Shown: positions 35,288-44,993, counted from the stretch's first letter. The stretch is DNA of 64,000 nt from an uncultured Actinomycetes bacterium (GCA_963704725.1 OY969934.1:1889040-1953039); one strand, 5' to 3'. Numbers and translations: made by a program. The notes: generated by a model not told the origin, from the sequence alone.

Positions 35288-38200
35288 ATGGTTTCGCTAC
35301 GTGTGTGCGCCCCGTGGTCCTCGTTCCGATCCCGTCCGATCTTCAGATCGCTCGGGCGTCTACGTGGGTCGATGATCTGTGGCCTCACGGTGGCTTCGCT
35401 CATTACCGTCGTGCTTCCAGTGCCCAGTGCAGTGGCGATCGCTCAGCAGGATGCCATCACCTACGTCTACGACGATCTGGGGAGACTCGAGGCCGTCGTC
35501 GATCCCGGCCAAACGAACGGCATCGCCCGCTACACGTATGACAGCGCCGGCAATCTCCTCTCGATCGCGAGGCAGAGCTCCACCGTCACCACGGTCCTGG
35601 ACTTCCAGCCGAAGACCACGACCCGCAGCTCCTCGGTCACCGTCTACGGGGCGGGGTTCAGCCCGACGGCGGGGCAGAACACCGTCCGGTTCGGTGGGCC
35701 GTCGGGCACCGCCGCGACGGTCGTCTCGGCGACAAAGACGCAGCTCCAGGTCACGGTGCCGGCCTCGGGCTCCGTCAACGGGACGGTCTTCGTCTCGAGC
35801 CCCGGCGGGAGCGCCACGAGCTCCCAGCAGTTCGCGCTCGACACGTCGACACCGCCGGCCATCACGGGGATCTCCGCCGCCGTCGCCACGATGGGATCGA
35901 CCGTCACCGTGACGGGCTCGGGCTTCGACCCTTCGGCACCGGCGATGAACAACGTCTTCCTGAACGGGATCAGGGCCCAGGTCACGGCGGCGACGGCGAC
36001 AACCCTCACCACCGTGGTGCCCCCGTTCCTCACGTCCGGACACGTCTCCGTCCAGACCCGCTGGGGCCAGGCGACCTCGATGAGCGACCTGTTCGTCCCG
36101 CCCGCCATCGACGGCGTGCCCTCCGCCGTCACCGATGTCGAGAGCACGGGACGCACGACCCTTGGTACGCCGACGGCGGTGAGCGTCACGACGCCGCAGA
36201 AGGTGGCCGTCCGGTCCTTCGACGGCACGCAGGGCGGCCGGGTCTTCATGGAGTTCTCGAGCCCGTCGGGGAACCAGGCCTGGCTGAGCCTGGTGGATCC
36301 GTTCGGCCGCGTGATGGGGAAGGACCTGATGACGACGGGCTTCCTGGAGCCCCGCACGCTGCCGGTGAGCGGGACCTACGAGGTCGTCGTCGACCCGATC
36401 GACACACAGACCGGCAACTTCACGTTCACCGCATTCGACGTCCCCGCCGACCTCTCGGGGACGATCACGCCCGACGGCGGACCGGTCGTGGCGAACATCA
36501 CCGCGAAGGGCCAGAACGCCGGCTACACCTTCACGGGCACGGCCAACCAACGCGTGTCCCTCCGGTTCAACGGTTCGGGGTGGACGGGGCTCTACTGGGT
36601 CCGCATCCTGCGGCCCGAGGGGATCGAGCTGACGAGCACGCTGAGCGTCTTCGGGTGGCAGGACCCGGTCACGCTGCCCGTCTCCGGCATCTACACGGTC
36701 GTGATCGACCCGATCGCTGGGGCCACCGGCTCCACGACTCTGACCGCCTACGACGTGCCGCCCGACAGCTCTGGGCCGATCCAGCCCAACGGCCCACCGG
36801 TGAACGTCACCGTCACGGCCGACAACGCGGGCCAGAACGCGAACCTGACCTTCGATTCGACCGTCAACCAGCAGGCGACGATCAACGTCACCGGCTCCAC
36901 GTTCCCGCAGGCCTACGCCCACCTCTACCTCGGGACCCCGCCGACGAACCCGATCTCGCTGAACCACCTGTTCCTCGGCGGGAACACCACGATCGGCCCC
37001 ATCTCCCTGTCCGCCGCGGGCAGCTACACCCTGGTGATCGACCCGATCGGCGGGTTCACGGGAAGCGCGAACATCGCGCTCACGCTGGCAGCGGGCCGTG
37101 CGACGCCGAGAGGGGGGCGGGGCGATCGCCTAAGGACGGACAGGCCGCCGTCCCCGCATTCACCGAGAGCAGCCACGGCGCTGGCCGGAGTCGTGCTCGG
37201 TCTGGACGGCTCGCCGCTCGCCGGCGTGAGCGTCGGCAGCGGAGACGTGGCAGGCGCGACCGACTCGAACGGCAGGTTCCGCCTTGCGGGCCTTCATGCC
37301 GGCCCGGGGGTCCTGGTCGTCGACGGGGCAAGCGCGTCGACCGAGGGCGCGAGCTACGGGCTGTTCCAGATCCAGGTCGAGCTCGAGCGCGGACGAACCA
37401 CGGAGCTCGGGTCCCCGGTGTGGATGCCGGAGCTCGACACGCGGCACGTCCGCCGCATCGCCAGCCCCACCCGGCGCGACGTCGTCCTTCGGACCCCGCT
37501 TGTTCCCGGGCTGCGGATCCAGATCCCGAAGGGGTCCTTGGTCAGGGATCTGGATGGTCGGGCGGTCCACGAGCTCTCGATCACGCCAGTTCCGATCGAC
37601 CGGCCACCGTTCCCGATGCCGGATGCGCCCGACTTCCCCATCTACTTCACCGTCCAGCCCGGTGGCGCCGCCGTCCTGCCCGAGGGTGCGCGGATCATCT
37701 ACCCGAATTCGGCGGCCCTGCCGGCCGGAACCGAGGTCCGGTACATGGACTACGAGCCCGCGGAGGACGGCTGGGAGTTCTACGGTCGTGGACGCGTCTC
37801 GCCCGATGGCATGCGGATCGTGCCCGATCCCGACACCCGGGTCCGTGCGTTCACCGGCTCCGCCTACCCGATCCCTCTCTACCTGTCGCCTCCGCTGGCA
37901 GATACGAACCCGCTCTCCGAGCTCGGCGAGCCCGTGGACCTGTCGACCGGGTTGTTCCACTACACGAAGACGGACCTCGCGCTGCCCGGCCCCATGCCGA
38001 TCCAGCTCACCCGGATCTACCGGCAAGGGGATCCGAACGCGGAGCCCTTCGGCCTCGGCATGACGTACAGCTACCAGTCCTATCTGAGCTGGGACTGGCC
38101 GTCCCCCGACAACCAGTGGAAGGACCTCATCCTTCCCGGCGGGGTCCGGGTGCACTTCGACCGGATCACCCCCGGGACCGACGTGGAGCACGCCGTCTAC

Positions 38201-41200
38201 GAGGCGACCGCTACACCGGGGCCGTTCTTCAAGTCCCGGATCAGCTGGGATCCGGTGCTGCGGTCCTGGCTCCTCACGCGGCGGGACGGCACGGTGATGG
38301 TCTTCGGGCTGGGGGGAAGCGGGAGCGCGTTGCGAGACGTGGCGGACCGGTACGGCAACCGCCTCGTGCTGATCGGGCCCGCCGGAACGAGTCCCCAGCC
38401 TGCCACGCAGATCGTCTCCTGGCCCTCGGGCAGGTGGATCAACCTGTCGATCTCGAACGGCCGGGTGACGCAGGCCACCGACGACCTGGGGCGGAGCGTC
38501 GGGTACGGCTACGACGGGCAGGGGCGCCTGGCGAGCGTGACCGACCCGAACCAGTTCGGCCAGCCCTCGCCGAAGTCGTCCATCTACGGCTGGGTCACCG
38601 ATCCCGACTGCACAAGTCCGGGATCCGTGCTCGCCACGATCACCGATCCCCGCAACATCACGTGGCTGTCGAACACCTACGGGCCCGGGTGCCGGGTTAC
38701 GCAGCAGACCGTCCCCACGGCGACGGGGACCGACGTCTACACGTTCGCGTACACGCCCTCGGGGCCCGGCGCCGTCACTCAGGCGGACATGACGGATCCC
38801 AACGGCAACGTGCACCGGGAGTCCTTCGACTCGACCGGCTACATGACGTCGGAGACCATCGCGCTGGGAACGCCGTCCGCGCGGACGTTCACGTACGAGC
38901 GGGACCCCACCAACCACCGCACCAGCGCCGTCGTCGATGCCTTCCACAACCGCAGGACCGAGTTCACGTACAACGCGTTCGGCCAGCCGACGTCCGTCAC
39001 CCGTCTTGCCGGCACCCCGCAGGCGGTCACCACGTCGTACACGTACGATCCGGTCTTCCGACAGCTGGAGACGATCACCGATCCACTCACCCACGTCACA
39101 CGCTTCGCGTACGACGCGGCGGGATGTCTCGACTCGGTCCAAGACCCGATGAGCCGGACGACCTTGTTCGACTGCAACGGTGCCGGTCAGATCACGCAGA
39201 TCACCGATCCGCTCACGCACGCGAGTGTGCTCTCCTACGCTCATGGAGACCTCACCTCAGCGACGGATCCGCTCGGTCGGACCACGTCTCGGTTCACCGA
39301 CGGCGGTGGGCGCGTCCTCGCGGTCACAGATCCGCTCAACCACCCGACGACCTACGCCTTCGACAAGCTGAACGAGCTCACCCAGGTCACCGATCCGATC
39401 GGCGGGCTCATCTCGTTCACCCTCGACGAAGACGGCAACCTCACCGAGGTGAACGACCAGCGCCGGGGATCGCCCAGCCGGACCGACCTCGTTTACAACA
39501 ACCTGAACCTGCCGAGCACTCGAACCGACCCACTCGGCCGTCAGGAGACGTTCACCTACGACGACCTCGGCAACCTGACGTTCTGGACCGACCGCAAGAA
39601 CCAGACGACGGAGTTCCGCTACGACGCACTCAACCAGCTGACGTTCGCGGGATACAAGCGGACGGCGGGGCCGGTTTACGAGTCCACGATCACCTACACG
39701 TGGGACGTCGGGAGCCGGCTGACGCAGATCGCGGACACGACAGCCAACGCCGGCACGATCACGCGGACCTACGATGACCTGGACCGGCTCACGAACGAGA
39801 CCTCGGTCAACGCTTCGGCCTCGGGGGTCACCTACACGTACAACCCCGATGACACCCGGGCGACGATGACCGTGCAGAACCAGACCCAGGTGCTCTACGG
39901 CTACAACCCGGCCGCCCAGCTCACGAGCCTCACCCAAGGCGGCCTGGTGGTCGGCCTGGACTACCTCGGCGACGGCAGGCTCCGCCAGGTCTCCCTCCCC
40001 TCCTCGCCGGTGCTCACGCAGACCTACGCGTACGACGCGGCGGGCGAGATCGCCTCGATCGCCTACCAACGCGGTACCGGCACCCCGGACGACCTCTCCT
40101 ACGGCTACGACCCGAGCGGGGCTCGGACCTCGGTCTTCGGCAGCTACGCCCGCACGGGGCTCCCCGCCGCCACGACGGCCACGGCCGTCTACAACGTCGC
40201 GAACCAGCTGACGTCGTGGAGCGGAGCCGCAGTGGCGAGCGACCTCAACGGCAACATGACGTCGCAGGCCGGGCTCACCTACGCGTACAACGCGCGCAAC
40301 CAGCTCACGAGCGTAAAGCAGAGCAAGACCACGCTCGGCGCCTTCGTCTACGACGGACTGGGCCGACGCGTGCGCCGCACGATCTCGTCCGCGGTCACGC
40401 GGCCCGTCTACGATGGGTGGAACGTGGTCCAGGAACGGAGCAGCGCGGGCTCGGTGACGGCGAACCTACTCGTGGGGCGCGGGCTGGATGACGTCTTCAC
40501 CCGGACCGAAACGGCCCAACGGGAGTTCTTGTCCGACGCTTTGGGCTCGACCGTCGCGCTTGCCGACACCTCCGGGGTGGTGCAGACCTCCTACACGTAC
40601 GAGCCGTTCGGCCGGACCACTGCCACCGGGGCGTCGAGTTCGAGCACTTACCAGTTCACGGGCAGGGAGAACGATTCGACGGGGACGCTCTCGCTCTACA
40701 ACCTGCGAGCCCGATACCTGTCGCCGACGTTGGCGAGGTTCATCAGCCAGGATCCGATAGGCCTCTCAAGCAGTGACGTCAACTTGTACGAGTACGCTGA
40801 TGACACGCCGACGGGCCGTATCGATCCGACCGGCCTCTTCAGCGTCTGGCCTCCAGTTGTTGGCCCAGACTTGAGCGTGCACGAGGTTGGCGGGGGCAAC
40901 CCAGCGGGTTGGGTTTGGGACAGCACAGTGGGAACCATCTCCCACCTGGATGACTGGTGGTCGATGGCACGGAAGGATTTTGAACGCCAATCCGAGTTCG
41001 TAAGGCGCGAAGGAGGGTGGATGGCCGATGACCTGTTCGGAGAGCACGGCATACTGACGTCGTTCGGTCAATGCTTGGTCGTCGGTTTGGACTACATGAT
41101 CCTCGCCACCAACGCGGGCCTGGACCCCGAGGATGCCGCTCTGTTCGGGCTAGTTGGCTGCGCGGTGGGGATGAACACTCCGCCGACGCCACCCATTACC

Positions 41201-41203
41201 TAG
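35288..41203 (+). CDS. Rhs/YD-repeat polymorphic toxin (1971 aa) with IPT/TIG-like domains, carboxypeptidase-regulatory-like domain, RHS core and a novel C-terminal domain
   Basis: Long signal-like N-terminus. N-terminal YD motif (YVYDDLGRLEAVVDPG ... YTYDSAGNLLSI). Several Ig-like/IPT segments (VTVYGAGFSPTAGQNTVRFGG). Dozens of YD repeats (e.g. YGYDGQGRLASVTDPN, FTYDDLGNLTFWTDRKNQ). RHS repeat-associated core (LYNLRARYLSPTLARFISQDPIGLSSSDVNLYEYADDTPTGRIDPTGL). It ends at 40837 and is followed by a 121-aa CT domain (40838..41200). Confidence 0.85.
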   Translation: MVSLRVCAPWSSFRSRPIFRSLGRLRGSMICGLTVASLITVVLPVPSAVAIAQQDAITYVYDDLGRLEAVVDPGQTNGIARYTYDSAGNLLSIARQSSTVTTVLDFQPKTTTRSSSVTVYGAGFSPTAGQNTVRFGGPSGTAATVVSATKTQLQVTVPASGSVNGTVFVSSPGGSATSSQQFALDTSTPPAITGISAAVATMGSTVTVTGSGFDPSAPAMNNVFLNGIRAQVTAATATTLTTVVPPFLTSGHVSVQTRWGQATSMSDLFVPPAIDGVPSAVTDVESTGRTTLGTPTAVSVTTPQKVAVRSFDGTQGGRVFMEFSSPSGNQAWLSLVDPFGRVMGKDLMTTGFLEPRTLPVSGTYEVVVDPIDTQTGNFTFTAFDVPADLSGTITPDGGPVVANITAKGQNAGYTFTGTANQRVSLRFNGSGWTGLYWVRILRPEGIELTSTLSVFGWQDPVTLPVSGIYTVVIDPIAGATGSTTLTAYDVPPDSSGPIQPNGPPVNVTVTADNAGQNANLTFDSTVNQQATINVTGSTFPQAYAHLYLGTPPTNPISLNHLFLGGNTTIGPISLSAAGSYTLVIDPIGGFTGSANIALTLAAGRATPRGGRGDRLRTDRPPSPHSPRAATALAGVVLGLDGSPLAGVSVGSGDVAGATDSNGRFRLAGLHAGPGVLVVDGASASTEGASYGLFQIQVELERGRTTELGSPVWMPELDTRHVRRIASPTRRDVVLRTPLVPGLRIQIPKGSLVRDLDGRAVHELSITPVPIDRPPFPMPDAPDFPIYFTVQPGGAAVLPEGARIIYPNSAALPAGTEVRYMDYEPAEDGWEFYGRGRVSPDGMRIVPDPDTRVRAFTGSAYPIPLYLSPPLADTNPLSELGEPVDLSTGLFHYTKTDLALPGPMPIQLTRIYRQGDPNAEPFGLGMTYSYQSYLSWDWPSPDNQWKDLILPGGVRVHFDRITPGTDVEHAVYEATATPGPFFKSRISWDPVLRSWLLTRRDGTVMVFGLGGSGSALRDVADRYGNRLVLIGPAGTSPQPATQIVSWPSGRWINLSISNGRVTQATDDLGRSVGYGYDGQGRLASVTDPNQFGQPSPKSSIYGWVTDPDCTSPGSVLATITDPRNITWLSNTYGPGCRVTQQTVPTATGTDVYTFAYTPSGPGAVTQADMTDPNGNVHRESFDSTGYMTSETIALGTPSARTFTYERDPTNHRTSAVVDAFHNRRTEFTYNAFGQPTSVTRLAGTPQAVTTSYTYDPVFRQLETITDPLTHVTRFAYDAAGCLDSVQDPMSRTTLFDCNGAGQITQITDPLTHASVLSYAHGDLTSATDPLGRTTSRFTDGGGRVLAVTDPLNHPTTYAFDKLNELTQVTDPIGGLISFTLDEDGNLTEVNDQRRGSPSRTDLVYNNLNLPSTRTDPLGRQETFTYDDLGNLTFWTDRKNQTTEFRYDALNQLTFAGYKRTAGPVYESTITYTWDVGSRLTQIADTTANAGTITRTYDDLDRLTNETSVNASASGVTYTYNPDDTRATMTVQNQTQVLYGYNPAAQLTSLTQGGLVVGLDYLGDGRLRQVSLPSSPVLTQTYAYDAAGEIASIAYQRGTGTPDDLSYGYDPSGARTSVFGSYARTGLPAATTATAVYNVANQLTSWSGAAVASDLNGNMTSQAGLTYAYNARNQLTSVKQSKTTLGAFVYDGLGRRVRRTISSAVTRPVYDGWNVVQERSSAGSVTANLLVGRGLDDVFTRTETAQREFLSDALGSTVALADTSGVVQTSYTYEPFGRTTATGASSSSTYQFTGRENDSTGTLSLYNLRARYLSPTLARFISQDPIGLSSSDVNLYEYADDTPTGRIDPTGLFSVWPPVVGPDLSVHEVGGGNPAGWVWDSTVGTISHLDDWWSMARKDFERQSEFVRREGGWMADDLFGEHGILTSFGQCLVVGLDYMILATNAGLDPEDAALFGLVGCAVGMNTPPTPPIT

Positions 41204-41209
41204 TCATCG

Positions 41210-41656
41210 ATGACACACGAAGAGAAAGACGAGAAGCGTCAGCGCAAAGGACCGTTGATGCACGATCCGTCAGAGGATGTTCGACGACGCCACGCCATCC
41301 TGCTGATTGTCGTGGGGCTCGGACTCCTAAGCGTCGGCACCGTCTCTTGGGTGCGAGGCGGCTCACCGGCGGCCATGGCTTCCATGATTCCCGGACTTGC
41401 GGGAGTGCTCGGAGGTCTCCTGCTCCTCGCTCGCCGGGGCCTAATCCTCCGCCCTACCGCGAGGTTTCTGAGCATCCAGCCCGACGTCTTGCTGAAGCTC
41501 TCGGTGGTGGCTCTGGCGGCGGCTTCAGCTGTGTACCTCGGCTGGGTAGCGGTTGTTCAGTACCGCCAGGGTAGGGCGGACGCGGGATTGACCGTCGTGA
41601 TGGCGGCACTGAGCATCTACGTGACAATTCGGGCTTTCACCAACCTTCGCCGATAG
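41210..41656 (+). CDS. Putative Rhs-toxin immunity protein, 4-TM membrane protein
   Basis: 148 aa starting 7 nt after the Rhs stop codon. Four predicted TM helices (AILLIVVGLGLLSVGTV, MIPGLAGVLGGLLLLA, LLKLSVVALAAASAVYLGWVAVV, LTVVMAALSIYVTIRAF). Lowest GC in the window (about 53%). Confidence 0.55.
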   Translation: MTHEEKDEKRQRKGPLMHDPSEDVRRRHAILLIVVGLGLLSVGTVSWVRGGSPAAMASMIPGLAGVLGGLLLLARRGLILRPTARFLSIQPDVLLKLSVVALAAASAVYLGWVAVVQYRQGRADAGLTVVMAALSIYVTIRAFTNLRR

Positions 41657-41934
41657 GACGGTTACCGGCCGTCGCTCTTCGCGGTTGGCAGGTGCAGAGG
41701 CCGGGACGCACTCAGGATGCGTGACGAGAACCTTAACAGGGGAACCGGTTCACACATCGTCCAGCAAGGTCCACGATTGGGCACCTGTGTGACCACCGCG
41801 GCCGTCCCTGCGACGGACTTGACCGCCACTGGTGGGGTTTACGGGCCGAATCACGCTGAGAGGCGAAGTTCACCTCGAAGGACGAGCCGCGTACGTATGG
41901 TCGTCGACGGTCCTCCGACACCACTGTGATGTGT

Positions 41935-43205
41935 CGGGTGCATCGTGGCCGGATGTGTCGGTGCATCGTAGCCGCCCTCACGAGGCTTGAGGCTGGTAGT
42001 CGCGGGCCGGGTCCAGTGTGAGATGTCGAAGCAGCTCTCCGTTCGCCGACACCACCCGCACGTCCAGACCGTTGATCAGCAGGATCACCCGCTTGCCCTT
42101 GTGAGCGTGACCCACGCCGATGTGGTGCAGCCGCGTTCCATGGCGCAGCGTGACCTTCCCGCCCTTGTCGATCCGGTCCCGACGCACCCGAACGCCCGCA
42201 CCCACGCGGATCCTGGGTCCTGAGGGACGCGCCTTGTCTCTGGCCTCGAACGCCGCTCTGGGCGGCCTGCGGCCCAGCGCTGCATGCGGCCTGCGGTCGT
42301 TGTAGTAGGCGACGAACCGATCGACCTGGTCTTGCAGCTCACCGAGCGAGCTGGCCTTGGGCTGACGGGCCAGGTAGGTCTTCATCGTCTGGTGGAAGCG
42401 CTCGACCTTGCCGCAGGTCTGGGGGTGATAGGGCCGGGAGTGACGGTAGTCGATACCGAGCGCCAGCAGCTCGGTCTGCATCACGTTGGGCCCTCCCCGG
42501 TGCCACGTCGTGTAGACGCAGCCGTTGTCGGTCAAAAGCGCCGCCGGGAACCCCCAGCGCGCGCCGGCTTCGCGGAAGACCTCGAGCACCTTGGGGGCGG
42601 TGGCGGTCCGCATCACCACCGAGGCCACGGCCGCCCGGGAGTGGTCATCCAGGAAGTTGCAGATGTCGACCTCGGTCCCATCCCCAAGCCGCCAGTGGGT
42701 CACGTCGGACTGCCAGCACTCGTTGGGAAGCGTGGCCTCGAAGCGGATCCAGGAGCTCCGGGGCCGCTTGTGGGGCTGGGAGACCACGAAGCCACGACGT
42801 CTCAGCACCCGCCAGATCGTCGAGATCGACGGCACCCGGTCGTGCCTCGTGCTCAGGTGGTAGGCGATCGTGGCCGCGCCGGCATCCACGCCCAGCTCCG
42901 TGAGCTCCGTGCGCAGGGCGCAGATCTCGTCCTCGAGCGCATGCAGGCGTGCGGTGCGGGATCGTCTTGGGCGCCCTCGACCGCGGGGCGATCGCCTCGT
43001 AGCCGCCCGATCGGTACCGGGCGACCAGCTTGCCGACCCAGCTCTTGGAGACCCCGTGGGCCCGGGCCACCTCCCGGTAGCTCCGTCCCTCCAGCACGAC
43101 CGCGTCCACCACGTAGCGAGCCAGATCCATCGCAGACCCCCGTTGAAGGTGTCCACGATGCTCCGACACATGTGTCCACTATCCGGTGAACTCAGGCACC
43201 CCCTC
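41935..43205. mobile_element. IS481-family insertion sequence (about 1.27 kb), boundaries approximate
   Basis: Imperfect terminal inverted repeats TGTGTCGGGTGCATCGTGG (41940-41958) and CCACGATGCTCCGACACA (43162-43179, reverse complement TGTGTCGGAGCATCGTGG). Flanked by 13-bp direct repeats CCTCCGACACCAC (41922-41934 and 43207-43219). Internal DDE transposase gene. Confidence 0.6.
41978..43169 (-). pseudogene. IS481-family DDE transposase, frameshifted
   Basis: N-terminal HTH part is in one frame (start 43169; MDLARYVVDAVVLEGRSYREVARAHGVSKSWVGKLVARYRSGGYEAIAPRSRAPKTIPHRTP). The remainder is shifted by 1 from about 42955 (ARLHALEDEICALRTELTELGVDAGAATIAYHL ... integrase core with D..D..E: WQSDVTH, LTDNGCVYT, CGKVERFHQTMK), ending at the stop 41978-41980. 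Confidence 0.7.
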
Positions 43206-43281
43206 CGACACCACCTGTCCACTATCCGCTGAGGTCGAATCGGGGCCCAGGTGAACCACGCCCGCGTCGTACAGTGCCTCG

Positions 43282-43608
43282 GTGTCGTCGAAAGGGGTGA
43301 GGCGGATGGTCGCGGTCGGATTGCTCGTCCCATTGAAGGCGAAGCCCGGCAAGGAGGATGACGTGGCGCGATTCCTCGAGGGCGGGCTCGCGCTCGTCAA
43401 CGAGGAACCGGCGACGACGGCGTGGTTCGCGATCCGGCTCGGCCCGTCCGAGTTCGCGATCGTGGACTTCTTCCCGGACGACGCGGGCCGGCAGGCGCAT
43501 CTGTCGGGCCGGGTGGCCGAGGCCCTGATGGCCCAGGCCCCCGATCTGTTCGCCGAGGCGCCCGACATCCGACCGGCTGACGTCATCGCCGCCAAGCTTC
43601 CCGGGTAG
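43282..43608 (+). CDS. Antibiotic-biosynthesis-monooxygenase (ABM/Dabb) domain protein
   Basis: About 100 aa ferredoxin-like fold candidate (VAVGLLVPLKAKPGKEDDVARFLEGGLALVNEEPATTAWFAIRL). Start may be 43306. Confidence 0.45.
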   Translation: MSSKGVRRMVAVGLLVPLKAKPGKEDDVARFLEGGLALVNEEPATTAWFAIRLGPSEFAIVDFFPDDAGRQAHLSGRVAEALMAQAPDLFAEAPDIRPADVIAAKLPG

Positions 43609-43619
43609 GAGGCTTCCGG

Positions 43620-44847
43620 CTACGCGGCGCCGTGCCGAACGGCGACCTGCCCTGCGACGATCGCGGCGTCCTCGCCGATGCCGAACAGCAGCGACGACTT
43701 CCGGGTCCGCAGGAAGTGGACCCCCACGAAGTACAGACCCGGGGAGGCCGAGCTCGCCCCGTCGGCGTGGACGGGGAAGCCGAGGTCGTCGAACGCCCCC
43801 GGCACCCGCACCCAACGCCGATAGTCGGGTCGGAAGCCGCCCGCGAACAGGACGGCGCCGAAGCCGGTCAGGTCCAGCTCCTCGGGCGAGCTGTCCTCGA
43901 ACGGGTCGGGCTCCGGGATGCCCGGCATCGGGAGGTCGCGCTCCTCGACCAGCTTGCGGATCAGGCCGGCGAACTGCCGGTAGCGCTCGTCGCCCCAGGC
44001 GACCGTCTCCGCCAGATCGGGAGCGAACCGGGCCCGGCGACCCTCGGCGCCGATGAAGTGGCCGAGCAGGGTGACGCCGTCGGCGCGGAGCGTTCGGTAG
44101 TGGAGGTCGTGCCCGCCCCCGCGGCCGGTGCCCTGGAGGTTGGCGAACAGCCGGGCCGAGGGATCGGGGAGCGCCGAAAGCGGTTGATCCAGGAACCCCG
44201 TCTCGACCGACCACCAGAACATGTCCCGGTCTCCCAGCCGGCGGGGCGACCACGGCGACCGTCCGCAGGCCAGGAACACCTCCCGGCCGACCATCCGGAG
44301 CTCCTCGGCGAGCTGGCAGCCCGTCTGGCCGCTCCCGATCACCAGCACCTGGCCGTCGGGCAGCCCCTGCGGGTTCCGGTAGTCCTGCGCGTCGAGCGCA
44401 AGCAGGTCCGGCGGGAGCGAGGACGCGGCGGCGGGACGGTGCGGCCACTGGTAGGCGCCGGTGGCCACGACGACGGATCTCGCCAGGATCTCGGCGCCGA
44501 TCGTCGTCCGGAGTCGGAACCGCTCGGCCGCCGGCTCCAAGGAGGACACGTCGACCTCTTCGCGGATCGGTGCCGGAAGGCCACGCGCGTAGCCCTCGAG
44601 GTACGCCACGAGCTCCTCACGCGGCAGGTACCCATCCGGGTCGTCGCCGTCGTACTCGCCGCCCGGAAGCTTGACGGACCAGTTCGGCGTCACGAGACAG
44701 AAGCTGTCCCACCGGCCTCGCCAGGACTCGGCCACCCGCCCTCGCTCCAGGACGACGTGCTCCAAGCCCGCCCGCGACAGCTCGTGGCTGGTGGCGAGCC
44801 CGGCCTGTCCGCCTCCCACGACGACGACGTCGATACGCTCCGCCATG
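43620..44847 (-). CDS. FAD/NAD(P)-binding oxidoreductase (flavin-containing monooxygenase-like)
   Basis: ATG at 44845-44847. Two Rossmann dinucleotide motifs (VVVGGGQAGLATSHEL and VLVIGSGQTGCQLAEEL). The 875-aa ORF-track entry is an out-of-frame extension. Confidence 0.7.
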
Positions 44848-44993
44848 GGTGTGGAGGCTATCGCAGCGCCGGCTCGACGCCGGCGAACAGGCGTTCGCGA
44901 GCCGGCCGACGCCCCCCAACACGGAGCCGCCCGGGAAGCGGCGTGGCAAGATGGTGCACGCGCGAAACGACACCCGAGGACGGGGGATCGACG

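Noticed and set aside
43222-44448. 408-aa minus-strand ORF overlapping the ABM and flavin oxidoreductase genes
   Set aside because: Arg/Pro/Gly-rich translation. It overlaps the well-supported oxidoreductase frame (Rossmann motifs) in another frame. Artefact.
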